From the NCBI GenBank assembly GCA_964057225.1, contig OZ059895.1, positions 9,052,001 through 9,116,000 on the forward strand: a stretch of 64,000 nucleotides of DNA. Reading direction: 5' to 3'. Numbering within the stretch: the first letter of the stretch is position 1; every line of letters starts with the position of its first letter. Positions 37,441 through 51,122 of this stretch are shown piece by piece. The notes beneath the pieces are model-generated. The model ran no database searches and was not told the origin of the DNA. It saw only the letters and a program-made list of their open reading frames with translations. The DNA is from Auanema rhodensis. Its lineage: Eukaryota; Animalia; Nematoda. Position numbers and translations under genes: made by a program.

Positions 37441-37978
37441 TCAGTCAACATAATCGTGAATTTCTGCTTCAGCTTCTTGTTTTCTCGTTTCTGTATAGTT
37501 TCTGAAACCCTCCTTTTCGAGTTCTGAGCAGCAAAACTCGTCGAGGTATGCATCTATACACATGCCTTGTTTACAGCATATATCGGTCAGCGATCCTCGT
37601 AATTTCAAGCGCATACGGGCTGGAATTGAAAAAATTTGAATTAAGTTAGCAACCAAAAGAATAAAAAAAAATATTCTTACATCTTTCTTTCTCAGTCATA
37701 TCAGATAATAATCTGGTATCAGGTGTACCTTCAACTTTAACATAAAACGTATTGATTGGCTTGAAACATCCACCGCAATGCGATCTAATCTTATCTAATA
37801 TCTGACTTCCGCAAAATTTTCTCGATTTAAGCTCAGCATGACGTTTGAATACACCAACTTGTATATCATAGTTTTCAGGATAATACAGAGAATCGTAAGC
37901 ATCATAATCATACACCGACATTGCGTAAAGAGCAGTAACAACTAGAAGTTGCAGAATTATGGAAGAGAAAACATTCAT
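37441..37978 (-). CDS. insulin-like peptide precursor (8 Cys, beta-type-like)
   Basis: Signal peptide, pro-peptide ending KR, B chain RKFCGSQILDKIRSHCGGC, intron 37620-37680, A chain GSLTDICCKQGMCIDAYLDEFCC; TATAAA ~45 nt upstream. Confidence 0.9.
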
Positions 37979-38871
37979 GATCGGATGATCGTATGATTGG
38001 GAAGATACTGATTGTCCAATTTTATATAACATTTTTTATAAGCTTTTAAATATTCTTTATACAATGTATTGTAATCAAAAAAATGAATAATTCAAAAAAA
38101 ACCCATCAAAATTGATGCGAATATCACTAATATATTGCTTATTCATGCTTTTCCATTATACCTCAAAAGAATCTTTTAATTCTCTGATGGGATTCAAATT
38201 AAGATTTTTTAAAAATGCTGCTAGAGGATCGAACCAGCATATTTTAAAATATTTTTTTTATAGAAAACACTTTTTATACAAATAAATAAGAAAGAGCAAT
38301 AATTATTTTTGATTATATAAAACAATTTAAAATCTTCATGTACGATAATTCAATATATAACTTTACCGTGAGCTATTATAAAAGCTTCCGAGTATAGAAC
38401 ACTTTTTGAAGAACTAGTTCTTATCAGTACTGTAATTTGATGTTTACATTTCTTCTCATACCGTAATCCATACGTTATTCCGGAAAAAGAAGAACACGAT
38501 TAGAAAATACAACTTATTATAAATTATGAAATTATTTATATTAAATTTTAAAAAATATAATGAAATAACTTTTAACAAAAATTTATCAATTGGATGAAAA
38601 ACATTTTTTTCAATTTATTTTTAAGGAATACGATATAACACCAACTTCCAACTTAATTTTTCTTAATAATTTTGGAGATACAAGAAGTTGATTACGCATT
38701 GCTACTGTAAAATTTTTAAAATTTTCTTTTTTCTTTCTTTTCTTTTATTTATTAAATTCAAAATTATTTCTTTATAATTCTCAAATCTCTAAGTATTTTT
38801 TAGAAATACGCAAAATTTCGTGTTGAAATAATTGGTTACGGTAAAACTGTAGAACAGTCATAAAAACAGCT

Positions 38872-39007
38872 GGCGCGAATTCAAAATATTCAATATAAAT
38901 ATAAAATTAAATATTTGCCACTATACTACATGATCTTAATAGTTATTTATTGTTATCTAAAATTGTAGTATAATTGAGAAAACAACTGTAGGCGGGAAGG
39001 GTTCAAA
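38872..39007. promoter_or_regulatory. E2F/CHR (DREAM-type) elements upstream of the RRM-zinc-finger gene
   Basis: GGCGCGAATTCAAA (38872-38885) and GGCGGGAAGGGTTCAAA (38991-39007): E2F-like core followed by TTCAAA. Confidence 0.6.
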
Positions 39008-39271
39008 TGAGTAACCCGCCAACGATTTTTGATGTTTAAATCATTATTATTTTATTATATATTTTTATTCATTAACACCAAAGAATTATTCATTTATTTG
39101 CCGCCTAAAAGCGTTTGCTCCAAAATACAATGCCTTAGAAGGGTTAAGTAAGACATTTTCGTCTGTTAATCCGTTCGTAATCATTTATATAAACTTGTAA
39201 TCTTACGTTAAAGTTATCTCTTATTTTATCAACTTCTTCAGGGCGCTTCTAGCCTTGGTAATAGCAAAATC

Positions 39272-40982
39272 ATGAACGGTTCGTGGATTCACCGTTTTTC
39301 GTATCAATTTAAGATTACAGACTTCGGTTTTTCCCTGCCGACTGCAATCATGCCACCTCCAGTATCGTCCATGAATAGCTACCAGCGACCCTCGTTCAGT
39401 GAAGATGGAGCAGCTCTTCCTGGATATAATTCACTTTTGAATGCGTTAGTTTTAAAAAATAAGCTTTTTTTTAAATCCAAGTCTTCGAGTTTTTTCTGTA
39501 TAATTTTTAAATAAATATTTTTCACTAATTTAGGGTTGGCTCCTCGGTATTAAACCAAGATATTAGTTATGACACTAGTTCAAAGGATCCTCTGATGGTC
39601 AGGTGTGAAGTGCATGTTCATGGTTCTCTTTGAATACAATTCTATTCAGAGCACGTGTTTTCATTGGAAATATTATTCGTGGACCTATTACAAGAGATGA
39701 TTTAATCGAATTGTTTAAGCCATATGGAAAATTACTCGCACTTACATTTTTTAAGGTAGTAATTTAATAATTCGCTTCTTTTAAAAATTTTTCTAATATT
39801 TTCGTATTTATAACATAAGAGTTATCATAATTCATTTATAAACTTTTAGCAGGGATACGCATTCGTACAGTTTTCTGAAGCACATGAAGCTGATGCTGCT
39901 TGCACTGGTTTGAATGGCAAACGTTGGAAAGGAGCAATCATTGGTATAGTTATAAACGGTATTATCAATAATATTTTTGTTGCAGATGTTCATCTAGCTA
40001 TGACAGGCCCCGTAGGCAAAAAGAAATATGATTCTGTAGAAGCAAGGTGGTCAATTCTCTCATGTATAATTTATTTTTTCCGATTTCAGTGACTTTAGTC
40101 GTAAACGTCGTTATGATGATTTCAGTCGCGAAGAGCACGTTATGGATGAAACCGCCGAACAAAATAAGCGTAATAGAGATGTTGCTCTTCGGGATGCCAC
40201 CTGCAATGAAGATCTTGCCGACAGTGGTGGGTGGAATCCTATTAAGGAAGAAACTCTGCCCATTACAGCTATGGCTGACACTTTAATTTGCGGAGGTTGT
40301 CGTTTCGTAACCTGCGATTTTGAGTCCTATAAGGATCATCGTATCGCCGGTTGCAAAGCTCTCAAAGTTGACGGTAAGCTAAGGTCTTTGTATAATTTAC
40401 CTTTTATAACCTGCAGGTGAACCAAAAATTTTACGTTGTGCATCTTGTAGTCAACGGTTCCTCAGTGCATGGGCCTTAATCTGCCATCTCACCGATTTCC
40501 ATAGAATGATGCTTTGCCGTGTAGATAAATGTGAAGAAAAGAGCATCGATGAAGAAGTTTGTGTGATTTTATGAAAGACAATCATATCAAACTCTTCCAG
40601 TCTGGTACTCCACCTACTAAGCGCGCTGGTCGTGCCCCTAGTCCTTCATCCACTAATGGACCTTATAGTACTCATGATTCTAGTGGAACTACTCCTGCTT
40701 TAAATACCAGCGATTTGTCTATTGGAGAAGTTAGTTCTTTTATCTTTTTGAGCTATGAATTCGCTTCAGAATCGTGCTCCTTCTGCTGCTTCTTATATTC
40801 CCATTGGAACTTCAGCTGCTCAATCTGCTGCTCCACCCCAAGACGAAAAACTTAAAAGAGAAACCGATTCCCCTGAAAGATCTCCTCAATGGAACCCCCT
40901 AACTGGTCCGACCATTCTTTTACGTGGACCCTCAGTCCAACAACAAGCTGATAACTTTTCCAGCATTTATGGAATGCGTTAG
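39272..40982 (+). CDS. hnRNP C/RALY-like RRM plus BCL11-type CCHC and C2H2 zinc fingers (probable ztf-4 ortholog)
   Basis: SKDPLMVRARVFIGNI..FKPYGK..GYAFVQF (RRM); DTLICGGCRFVTCDFESYKDHRIAGC; EPKILRCASCSQRFLSAWALICHLTDFH. Start at 39272 or 39350. Confidence 0.85.
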
Positions 40983-41269
40983 TGTCATTACTGACAGTAT
41001 TTTATGTTGACTCATTTTAAGCTAAATATAACAAGTTCTTGTATATTAACATATTTTATGGTTAACATATTAGCATAACTGCTTTTTTTCACAAATTAAT
41101 TGCTTCAAACGTGTGTCTTAAGACTATTACAGGTGTAGTTTGATTTTTTATTGCTTTGATTTTATTTATATTTTTGCGCCATGTGAATATTTTTTGTCGT
41201 TTTGGAGATAAAAAGAGCATTTTATCATTTTAAATATTTCATGATATATAGAGATGAGAATGAAGTTAT

Positions 41270-44163
41270 TTAAAGCTGATGTACTTCAACAGATGGCTGC
41301 TTTTGGTAGACACGTGCGTTCACCACACTACATCTTTCAAATAACTAAAATATTTAAAAATTAAAAACTAAAAATCATAAATGTTTTTTACTGTTGTTTG
41401 AGTTGGTTGGAAGGTACGCGATGCAAATTGTGATGTCCACCTAAAACCAGATAAGCTTGAGATTATAAGTTCACGGAATTCAGGATTTAAGAAAGCATAC
41501 AACATAGGGTTAGATACGCAAGACATCATTGCCAATCTAAATAATAATGATTAATAACCTTGAAGTTTATAGAATTGAAAAACATACAAATGAGTAAAAA
41601 GATTTGTAAGATATGTATAATCTTCTTGATTAAACATAAGCATTCTTGTATTATCAGTAAATTCAATTAATGTACTGACAATATTATGTGGAAGAGAAGT
41701 TATTAGAAATATTAAAACCATTGAGACCAAAATTAGAGTTACACGTCGTTTTTGAGCCATAACACGCTTCTTTTGTTCCAATAAATGTGTTAACTGAAAA
41801 TTATACTTAAATATAATTATTTTTATTAAATATAAAAATAATCTTATATTATATTTTAAAGTTTTTTTTATTGTCAAATTAACTTTTTTGTTTTTTTTTT
41901 CATAAAAAAAAACTGTTAATTTAAATTTAAATGTTTTTATATATAGACCAAAGATATATTCTGCAAAAGTTTAAAAATAAATATCTTTCAACTTAAAATT
42001 GGATATATTTAACGCTTGACTAATGATCATCCATGTCGAACTTTGGCAGATCCTTTAGTTTGAACATTTAATGATCTTTGATTATTATATGATCGTTTTT
42101 ATTCAATTCCTTTACTTTTTGACAATATTCTGTCAATTCTTTACTTTTTATTATTATTATATGAATGACTTGCTTCAAAAGCTAACATACGCAAGTATTG
42201 AGAATAGTGACATCTAATGATACCTGCAAAACAAATTGCCGTTTAGGGGGTTCTCTCTTATTTTATAGTTACAACATCTAAAACTTTCAATAATTCATAT
42301 TCTTTCAAGATCTTTCATCATTCTGTTATTTTCCCATCATTTGGTGTCTAAGACATATCTTTTTCTGTCTTTTCATGTATAAACATGAACTAAATACATA
42401 TATATCTATGTATATAGTATAGTATAGTATAGTATATGCTATACTATATAATATAAAATAATAATTATAATTAATATTTTTTATTTAAATAAGAAAAAGA
42501 AAAATCTGCAAAACTATTTCAAATATTTAGTATGATGTTAATATTTTTCATTAACTCTAAATTATTTTTATTACAATTTATTTATTTATTTTTAATAATT
42601 ATATTGTTATATTCAATTATATTCACCTGTTCTTTATGTTGCTGAGTTTGCCTTCCAGCAGTCGCAGCTACAACTAATAGCAAATTAGCTTGCTGAGCAA
42701 TACTTGTAAGCCGAGATTTGGCTCGGCGACGCAAAAAGGCAAAAACCTTAAGGAAGGAATAAAGAAAATTATAAAATTTCCACAAAAAATAAGAATTACC
42801 GCATGGTAACAAATTGCCATAATAGTGAAAGGAATTAAAAATTGAACAATAAGTACGAATATAGTATAAGTTCTCTTAGATGCAACATTTGGCCATTCTT
42901 CCGTACAAAAAATTCCACAGATATCTGAAAAAATGAATAAATTAAGAGAAAAATCATATAGTTAACAGACTAAATTCATCGTATGTTCTCATTTTCACAT
43001 GAACCATATATGGTAAAGCAATAACGATTGATATAATCCATAGTAAAATGGTAATTCTGATAGCATTCTTTCGTCGTAAAGGACTTCCTAACAACAACAT
43101 TATGTATTCGAGTGACGTTTTGAGGTTATTTATCACCTGGAGCTATCACAAGTCTAAAGTAACGATCAACAGCTATTGCACAAAGTGAGAAAGTTCCAAT
43201 AAAGACGCCAACAGCTTGCACTCCAGCAAACGTTCTACACATGGGTGCTCCGAAAAACCTTTGAAGATTAATGATTGATTTGATGAAAAAAAAAGAGAAA
43301 ATAAACCATTCTTTAGCAATATTAGTAACTGGTGTTAGAGGTATAGATATGAATGCAAGAATAACTCCACTAACAGCCAAATTAACGATGAAGATATTTT
43401 GAACTGTTTGTAAACTTCGATACTTGATAGTAGCATAGATGACTCCTAAAAATAAAAAAAAATCCGCAATATTTCGTAGAAATCGGAAATTATTTTGAAT
43501 TGAAAAAGAAAAAAAGAAAGATGATGTATAGTTAGTTATACGGTAAATTGGTTTCTTGCTTTTTGTTCATTTGTTATACAGGAAATAAAGATCGTGATGT
43601 CGGATAATAACGATCAGTCATCTCCATCAAATGACAAAGTTCCGGATATTATCTCAGAACTCCGACAAATTTGGGTAATTTTTAAAAAAAAAGAAATTTT
43701 GATTGAAAAACTTATTTTTGTATATATTTGATGTTTCTTATAAAATCAAATATTTTATATATTCATAATAGAATAATATATATATAAAGATTTCAAAAGA
43801 TCATATAAATTAATAAAACATTAATTAACTTTATAAAATATAAAATAATTAAAGAAAATAGATATTTAACTAACCTGAATTTCCAAGAACACTTGCGATG
43901 AATACTAATGTATATAGTAATGTGAAAATAGAAATAGTAGCAGGATGATGGCTTAAATCAGGAAATACTTGTGTATAAGGCTTGCATTCTCTAGGTTTTT
44001 CAGTTGTTGCTGATGCTATTGATATTGGTGTTGTAGGAGACATTACTTCTTCTTCATCAACATTATTTGATCCCAATGCTAGAATAACATTAGAAGGTGC
44101 TAAGGAATACAGAAGAACTGCATTAGCTGCTCTAGTCATATCATAAGGTATGTTAGATGTCAT
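41270..44163 (-). CDS. NPY/RFamide-receptor-like class A GPCR (npr family)
   Basis: LGNSG, LQTVQNIFIVNLAVS, IPLTP, WFFG..MC, SLCAIAVDRY, FCTEEWP, QFLIP, LPHNI, AMMSCVSNPMLYAFLNPEFR; last exon tentative. Confidence 0.92.
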
Positions 44164-44183
44164 AGCAACTAAGAAGAAAAAAA

Positions 44184-44229
<46 letters not shown>
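44184..44229. repeat. (GA)n microsatellite
   Basis: Near-pure GA tract directly upstream of the GPCR acceptor and ATG. Confidence 0.95.
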
Positions 44230-44234
<5 letters not shown>

Positions 44235-44810
44235 AAAAACAGCAAAACGGACTAGATGATGAAGGCAATAAGCACACACTTCTTCTGAACTTCTGAAATA
44301 ACATAACAATGATTATATTATTAAGAATAATATACGGATTTTTCATTTTTCGAAGAATAAGTACGACATATAGTTAACTAGAATGTTTTCAGCTTTCAAC
44401 ATTATTTATAAACTTTGCACGATATTGATGACAGAATTGAAGAAAATGAGAAAAAAAGGTTGATAACTTCAAGATATATGTATAGTTTATAATATACAAA
44501 GTTTCATAAAATTTGTATTAGTTTTTGAATAATTAAAGTTATTTTTTGATTTTTGGAATATATTACCTTAATTATAAATTTATTTTAATCATTTATGTTT
44601 ATATATCTGGATACTTTTTTAAAAGATCTTAAGTTTAAAAATGAAAAATATAGTCACGTAATGTCAATTAGTAGCTTGTGATCAGCCATTTGTCAACCAA
44701 AAGAGAAGAGTGGGTGGACAAGTCAAACTGAATCGAAAATGGAAAGAGTACAACAAGACGAACGAATAAAAAAATTTTGAAGGGAGAAATCTATTTAAAT
44801 GTTCTGAAAT

Positions 44811-44812
<2 letters not shown>

Positions 44813-44876
<64 letters not shown>
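44813..44876. repeat. (GA)n microsatellite
   Basis: ~64-nt GA tract with one interruption. Confidence 0.95.
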
Positions 44877-44879
<3 letters not shown>

Positions 44880-46811
44880 GGGAGGGAGAGAGGAAGGGAG
44901 GAAGCAAACGAGAGAATGGTAGACATTAAGCGTCTGATCTAGACTTACCAAGATAGATCACAGGTGTAAGTTAAAGCATATAATATAATATTCAAAAATT
45001 AAGATGATATATGAAATATAATTAAGAAAATAAAATATTTAAACTATATTTATGGCTAAGTTTATAAGTAATTGAACATTTCTCAAGAGATACGTTAAAC
45101 TTCAAAAGAATATTAAAGTTTTGAATAAAAGTTACAAAGCATCAAGTTGGAAGTAAGTTTTGAAGACATAATGCTTAATTCTTCCAAAAAAAAGGAACTA
45201 AAGGTAGAAGTCCTGGTGAGATTCCGTTAAATTCTTAATTGAACTGTGTTCATATTATGAAAAATCACATAAATTGAATGAACTATGTTTGAGATTATAA
45301 AAAAAGAGAAAGAATATGATTAAAGAATTGAAAAAGAGATTAAAAAGAATTTGAATGTAAAATAAAATTAAAAAATATTAGTTAGAAGAAAAAAAAATTT
45401 TTAGAAATTGAGTTGAAGAAGTAAAATAATTGAATTGTTAACTATATGAATAAAATCTTCTTTTTCTTTTCTTTTCTTTTTTTAATCTTTGTATTATTTC
45501 TCTTTATTTTATTATTTTTTAAATTAAATTATTTTTTTTTTGGAACAATAAACAAAAGAATTTAAAAAGGAAAAAAGAATTTCATATGATTTGAATAGAT
45601 AATCAAATACTGACATACTTAAGAAGACAATGCTTTTATACTTTTAGAGAAGAAAAATCAAAAACTTAATGAACTAATTTGGAAAAAACTAATACATAAG
45701 AACATTTAACTATTTATATAATATAAAATAATTTTTAAAGAATATCTTTTTGAAAAATCATTGAGACTGCATGGGTGTTCGTAATTGGCAAAATGCGAAT
45801 TTGGTGAATTCTCTATCGTGTAAGTGCTTGGCAGTCATTTCCTTCTAAAGCTCTGCCACAGATTCTAAGAAGTGATGAAGAGGTTCTGTCATCAAAAATT
45901 GGAAATGAAAAGTCAATTGAATGTATTAGTTAGTTGAATCTTTTTTTAAAAACATTTCATTATATATAACTATATATATATAGTTAAAAAGAAATTAAAA
46001 CGAAAAGAATAGAACGTATATATGAAATGGATTATTGCTTTCCTTTATGAACAATTTGACTATAAATATGACATTTTTTAGTTTATTTTAAAACAAAAAA
46101 AAATGAGTTAATACATGAAATGATTGAAGAAGATTTTTATAAAAAAGATTTTTTTAGTTTTAAATTATAAAATTAATTTGAATATAAATATATTTTTTCA
46201 TTTTTTATATTAAAATATGATCAATTGGATGAAAAGAATAAGAAAAAATTACTAAATTGTTAGAAGAAAAGGAAGACGATGAAGCAGAAGAGAAAATAAA
46301 CCATTTTGACTAGTAAACAAGGTCATTTCTCTTTGAAAATTGAAATTTTCACAAAGCAGCGAACAGAGATTATGGAAATTAATTAGAAAATTGTAAAGAA
46401 ATGATCTTAGTTATACGTTGTGATTTAAACTTTTTTTTTGTTTTGTTTTGTATTTCATTGAAAGAAATGAGAATTTGATAGTAAAGAGAGGTAACTAAAA
46501 CTCTTTAAAGTGGATTGAGGCTCAGGTGGTTCGTTAACTACGATTGTTTCAACAAAACTATAAAACTTACTTTAAATACTTGAAGTATCTATAGAAAAAC
46601 TTCTGAATTTAAAAGAAATGGATAAAGATTATAGAATATATGTAAATTATGATTGGCGATAAGCCTAAATTGGAGAAGCAATAGAAGTTTTTCTGGAGGT
46701 AAAAGTCCGCCCCTTGACATATCCTTGCAAATGTTGATGGCTGCTAACTTTGTGAAGAGAAGTAGTTCATAATGTAGAAAATATATGACTAAAAGAGAGA
46801 GAGGGGGAGAT

Positions 46812-46813
<2 letters not shown>

Positions 46814-46846
<33 letters not shown>

Positions 46847-46900
46847 ATGGATGTCAAGTAATCAAACTAAAATATGTATTATATATATATATATATATAT
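46814..46900. repeat. (GA)n and (TA)n microsatellites
   Basis: GA tract at 46814-46843 and TA tract at ~46880-46900. Confidence 0.9.
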
Positions 46901-47707
46901 GGGTATACTGTCAAATAATAATAATTATTATTATAATTAATGAAGAGAAATTTTATGGGCAGTTTTAGATCTTTTGATGTTTTTGTCATTTATCTATATA
47001 TGAAGCTGATATGAAATGAGATATATCCATCATTCCTAACCATGTGGAACGGATACGATTCATTGCTCATTCAGAAAATTGAAGAACCTAAGTACTGACT
47101 AACTGAAATTTTTAATTTTGAATGATAATATTCTTTATCTTTTTAATATTATTTCATATATATATATAGTATAGTATAGTATAGTTAAAAAGATCTTTTA
47201 ATTATTATAAATATATAAAGAAATATTATAATTTTTCATAAAAATTATGTTTAACTGAACTAAAAGAATTGAAAAATTATTAGAAATATGAATTGAAATA
47301 ATAAAAAAATATATATATTTATAATAAAGTTAATTTATATAAATATATATATATATAGTTAAGTAATAGAATATTTGTAATTAAAAGATTTTTTGTATTT
47401 AAAAGTTTTCATTAAATATTTAAAAAAAAACACAAAGTTTATAACGAAAATTAATTTATTATTCTATAATTTATAAAGTTTATATTATTATTATTTTTTT
47501 TAGAATTTAACATATAGTAATTAATTCATTTCTTATATAATATATATTATATACAATAATAATTTTTATTTAAAAAAAAAACAAAAATACTCGTAAAATC
47601 ATGTGAGCCTGCAACCTTTAGACTATTGAAAATTAGAAGAAACCTATCAATCCTATTACAACTAAGCTTATAGGGTTTCAAACTTTTTTTTTTTTTTTTT
47701 TGAAATA

Positions 47708-50417
47708 TTATTGAGGTGAGCTACTTTTTAATTCTGCTGTTATACGTCCACGAAATATTGGTAATGTAGCAGAATCATCATTGATTAGTAATAATTGATA
47801 CGGAGCTACAATTTCTTCTTGATCATCACGATCCATTGGTGATTTGAAGAAAAAACTAAAAAATATATATTAACTATATACATATAGTTAAGAAATGAAA
47901 CATACTGTACATTCGATTGTGATGATATTGATAAATGTTTACGAAATTCTCGAAGTGTCATCATTCCATTAACAAATGGTACATGAGCTACAACTGGTAC
48001 ACCATCTGATCCTTTAAATATTTTAAATTTAAATATAATTTTTATATTTAAATTAATAATTTTACCTTTATATGATATAGTAATAAGAGGATATACAGTT
48101 GATGATTGAGCTATATTACGTGTTCGAGATTTACGATTAGGTTGTTGTTGATGATGATGATGTTGTTGTTGTTGTTGTTGTTGATTAGGATTATATGAAG
48201 TTCCTGATGATGATGATACACGACGATTTGAATGCTTTGAATGATCAGATGGTGCCATTGATTCTATACCAGATGAATCATATACAAGACTTCGTACACC
48301 GTATCTGAAAAATTATAAAAATAGAATTTAAAACTTAAAGCATAACTAAAACTTGAAAAAAATGATCTGTATATAGTAATTTATATGTTTAAATGTCATT
48401 ATAAACGTTAATTATATAATATAAAGTATGTATAACATACCCTTGAGATTTATAACAACCATATGGACTAATTGAAGATGGAGAAGCATATTGATGTGAT
48501 AATATGCTATGATGTGTTAATGCTGGCTGTGGTGCTGGTGATGGAGTTAAAGATGAAGACGTCATCAATGGTGGCATAAATCCATTTACAGTACCATTAT
48601 TAACTGTTTTTGATATTCCATTAGTAGATGATGAACAATCATGTATAGCAGATAATGATTGTTTTGGAATAAACATTGTGGTTACTGTAGAATTGGATTG
48701 ATTGGATACTGTATGAGATGGTCCAGATCGACTACGATCACGATCAGGTGAATAAGGACCTTAAATAAATAAATAAATAAATAAAATAATAATAATAATA
48801 TAAATAATATTTACATGGTGATAATAATTGACATCTAGGTGATCGTTGAGCTGATGCTTTTTGACTATCTTCTCTCATACGTTCAACATATCTAAATATA
48901 TTCAATTTATATGAAAAATTTAAAAAACAAAAAGATTATTTACCTATCAAGATCATCATCATCATCAGCATCAACAGGTTCAGCTGTAGATATAACTTCT
49001 CTAGCCTTTAATTATAATAATATAGTTAACTATGATAATCTATAACATACTGTACATCGACGATCTTCTATATCTTTTAATTGTCTTTCAGTTTCTTCAT
49101 TTTGCTTTCGACGTTGTTGTTCACGCAATAATTTCTTTGATAATATCGTATAAAATTCTTTTCTTCCTTAATTTTTTAATTTTTTTTAATTAAAAATGAG
49201 AAATATATAGAAAACCTTCTTCAGATGAATGATCAAATTGTAATCCATCACTTCTTGAGAAATGTTCTATTCGTGGTAATGCAAAAGTAGTTGGATTACC
49301 ACGTCGATGTTCTTCTCTTATACTACGAAGTCTTAAATATATTTTTATTAATATTAATATTATTATTATTATTATAAACCTTGAACTAGGATGAGCTTCT
49401 GATGAAAATGATGAACTAACAGCACTATCATTTTGACTTGTTGTAGCTCTACATACATATGGTTGTAAGATACATCCATTTGTTGCTGTTGATGCCATTG
49501 AATACATTCGTTCTACAACACTTAAAACACAATATTTGAGATGAAAATTCAATTTTCTATTTGTTTTCATATTACCTTTCACCTAACCTAGTTTGACGAT
49601 CATATCGTGATCTTAATAGCATTTCAGCTGTCAGCTGTGGATTTGATCTTGTATTTGAAAATCCCGTTGATGGAGTTGGAGCACAATTTCTTTTTATTCG
49701 ACGTGCACTTGGTGGAGTATCAACACCCATTGACAGCTTCAAAAGAACATTCATTTTAACAGGTTTTTCTTGAACATTTACCTTATTGAATACATCAAGA
49801 AATTCATCGGAAGAGACAAATTGGGCATGTTGTCGAGATAAATAGTTTTTAACAGAAGGTTCTATGCTGGAAAATAATGCTGGATCAGGAATGCTACCCG
49901 TACAGCTAAGCTTTTTCACACGTAATCCAACCTAAATTTTATATTTTTAAAAAAATTTTTTTAATTCCTTTGTATTTACATCTTGACGTAATTTTTTCGG
50001 AATAAAATGACAACAACCAGCTCGTAATGATGTGTATTTCATGTGAATAGATAGAGCTAATTCTACAGTTTGTGGATGTTCCTGTTGTGCCATACGTTCA
50101 TACGCCCTCAGGGCAAAATATAATTCTAAAGGCTTAAAACAATCCCAATTTAAGTATATTTGAATTCATTCATTGCAGAGATTTACCTCAGAATTGGAAT
50201 TGGCTGCTATCCATTCTCGAAAAGCATCTAAAGCTGGCCTATCGGATAACACAAACTCCAAGCCTTTAGACCAACATAAGCTAGATGAGTATACTCCAGA
50301 TGAGGATGGATGTTGATCATGATCATGATGCCAATCAATAAATGATGATGATGACATCATCATATGGTTATTATGATTTGATGATGGTGTTGAAGATGAC
50401 GGTAATGCAAATGTCAT
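47708..50417 (-). CDS. pry-1: Axin (RGS + DIX)
   Basis: N-terminal RGS domain (WSKGLEFVLSDRPALDAFREWI, LELYFALRAY, QHAQFVSSDEFL); C-terminal DIX domain (ITISYK..PVVAHVP..MTLREFRKHL..FFFKS..LINDDSATLPIFRGRITAEL). Confidence 0.9.
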
Positions 50418-50662
50418 CTGAAATTATTCGAAAAATTTTCTAAAATTTCGTTAAATGATTGAAAAGAAAAATTAAAAATGACTGTCAAATGATACAAAAA
50501 GATTGAAAATTAGATGATTGCGAAGCGATACTGAAAACATGACGATGATTTCGTCGATCATGAAGACGAAAAGGCTTCAGTGAAAAAACTGTGAATCAAA
50601 AGAGACGTTAATAAGAAAAGAAACAGGATAGGTCGTAGGGTGTTTGTGTGCTTGCCGATGGG

Positions 50663-51058
50663 GCTTTGATGTTACCGCGATCAGGTTAACTACTTGCTTT
50701 ATCAACCAAATTTAAAAGTCATAAAACAATTAAAAATAATAATTAAAATAAAACTTGAAATGCTTCTCCTCTTACTGGACTTTAAGGCGTAAGTTGGATA
50801 AAATCATTTTGGTTCAAAAAGTATTTGAAAATACCTATTGTTTTAGTCAAATTAAACACTTTTTGCTTTGTATATCGGTAGTATTTGCTGGCAATGGTGG
50901 TGATGATTGTATCACTTTGATATTGATAATGTGCCTTCTTATCATTTCTAATAATTGATTCTCATTTTTCAGGCACAAGGATCATTTCATTTGCTTGTGT
51001 ATGACAGTGAAAAGAGAGAAAAGAAGAAGTAGATAGAGAAGGTAATAGAAAGAGAGAG

Positions 51059-51122
<64 letters not shown>

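Noticed and set aside
44682-44951. Ser-Leu-repeat ORFs (also 50987-51199 and the 5' part of 43870-44346)
   Set aside because: They are translations of (CT)n microsatellites.
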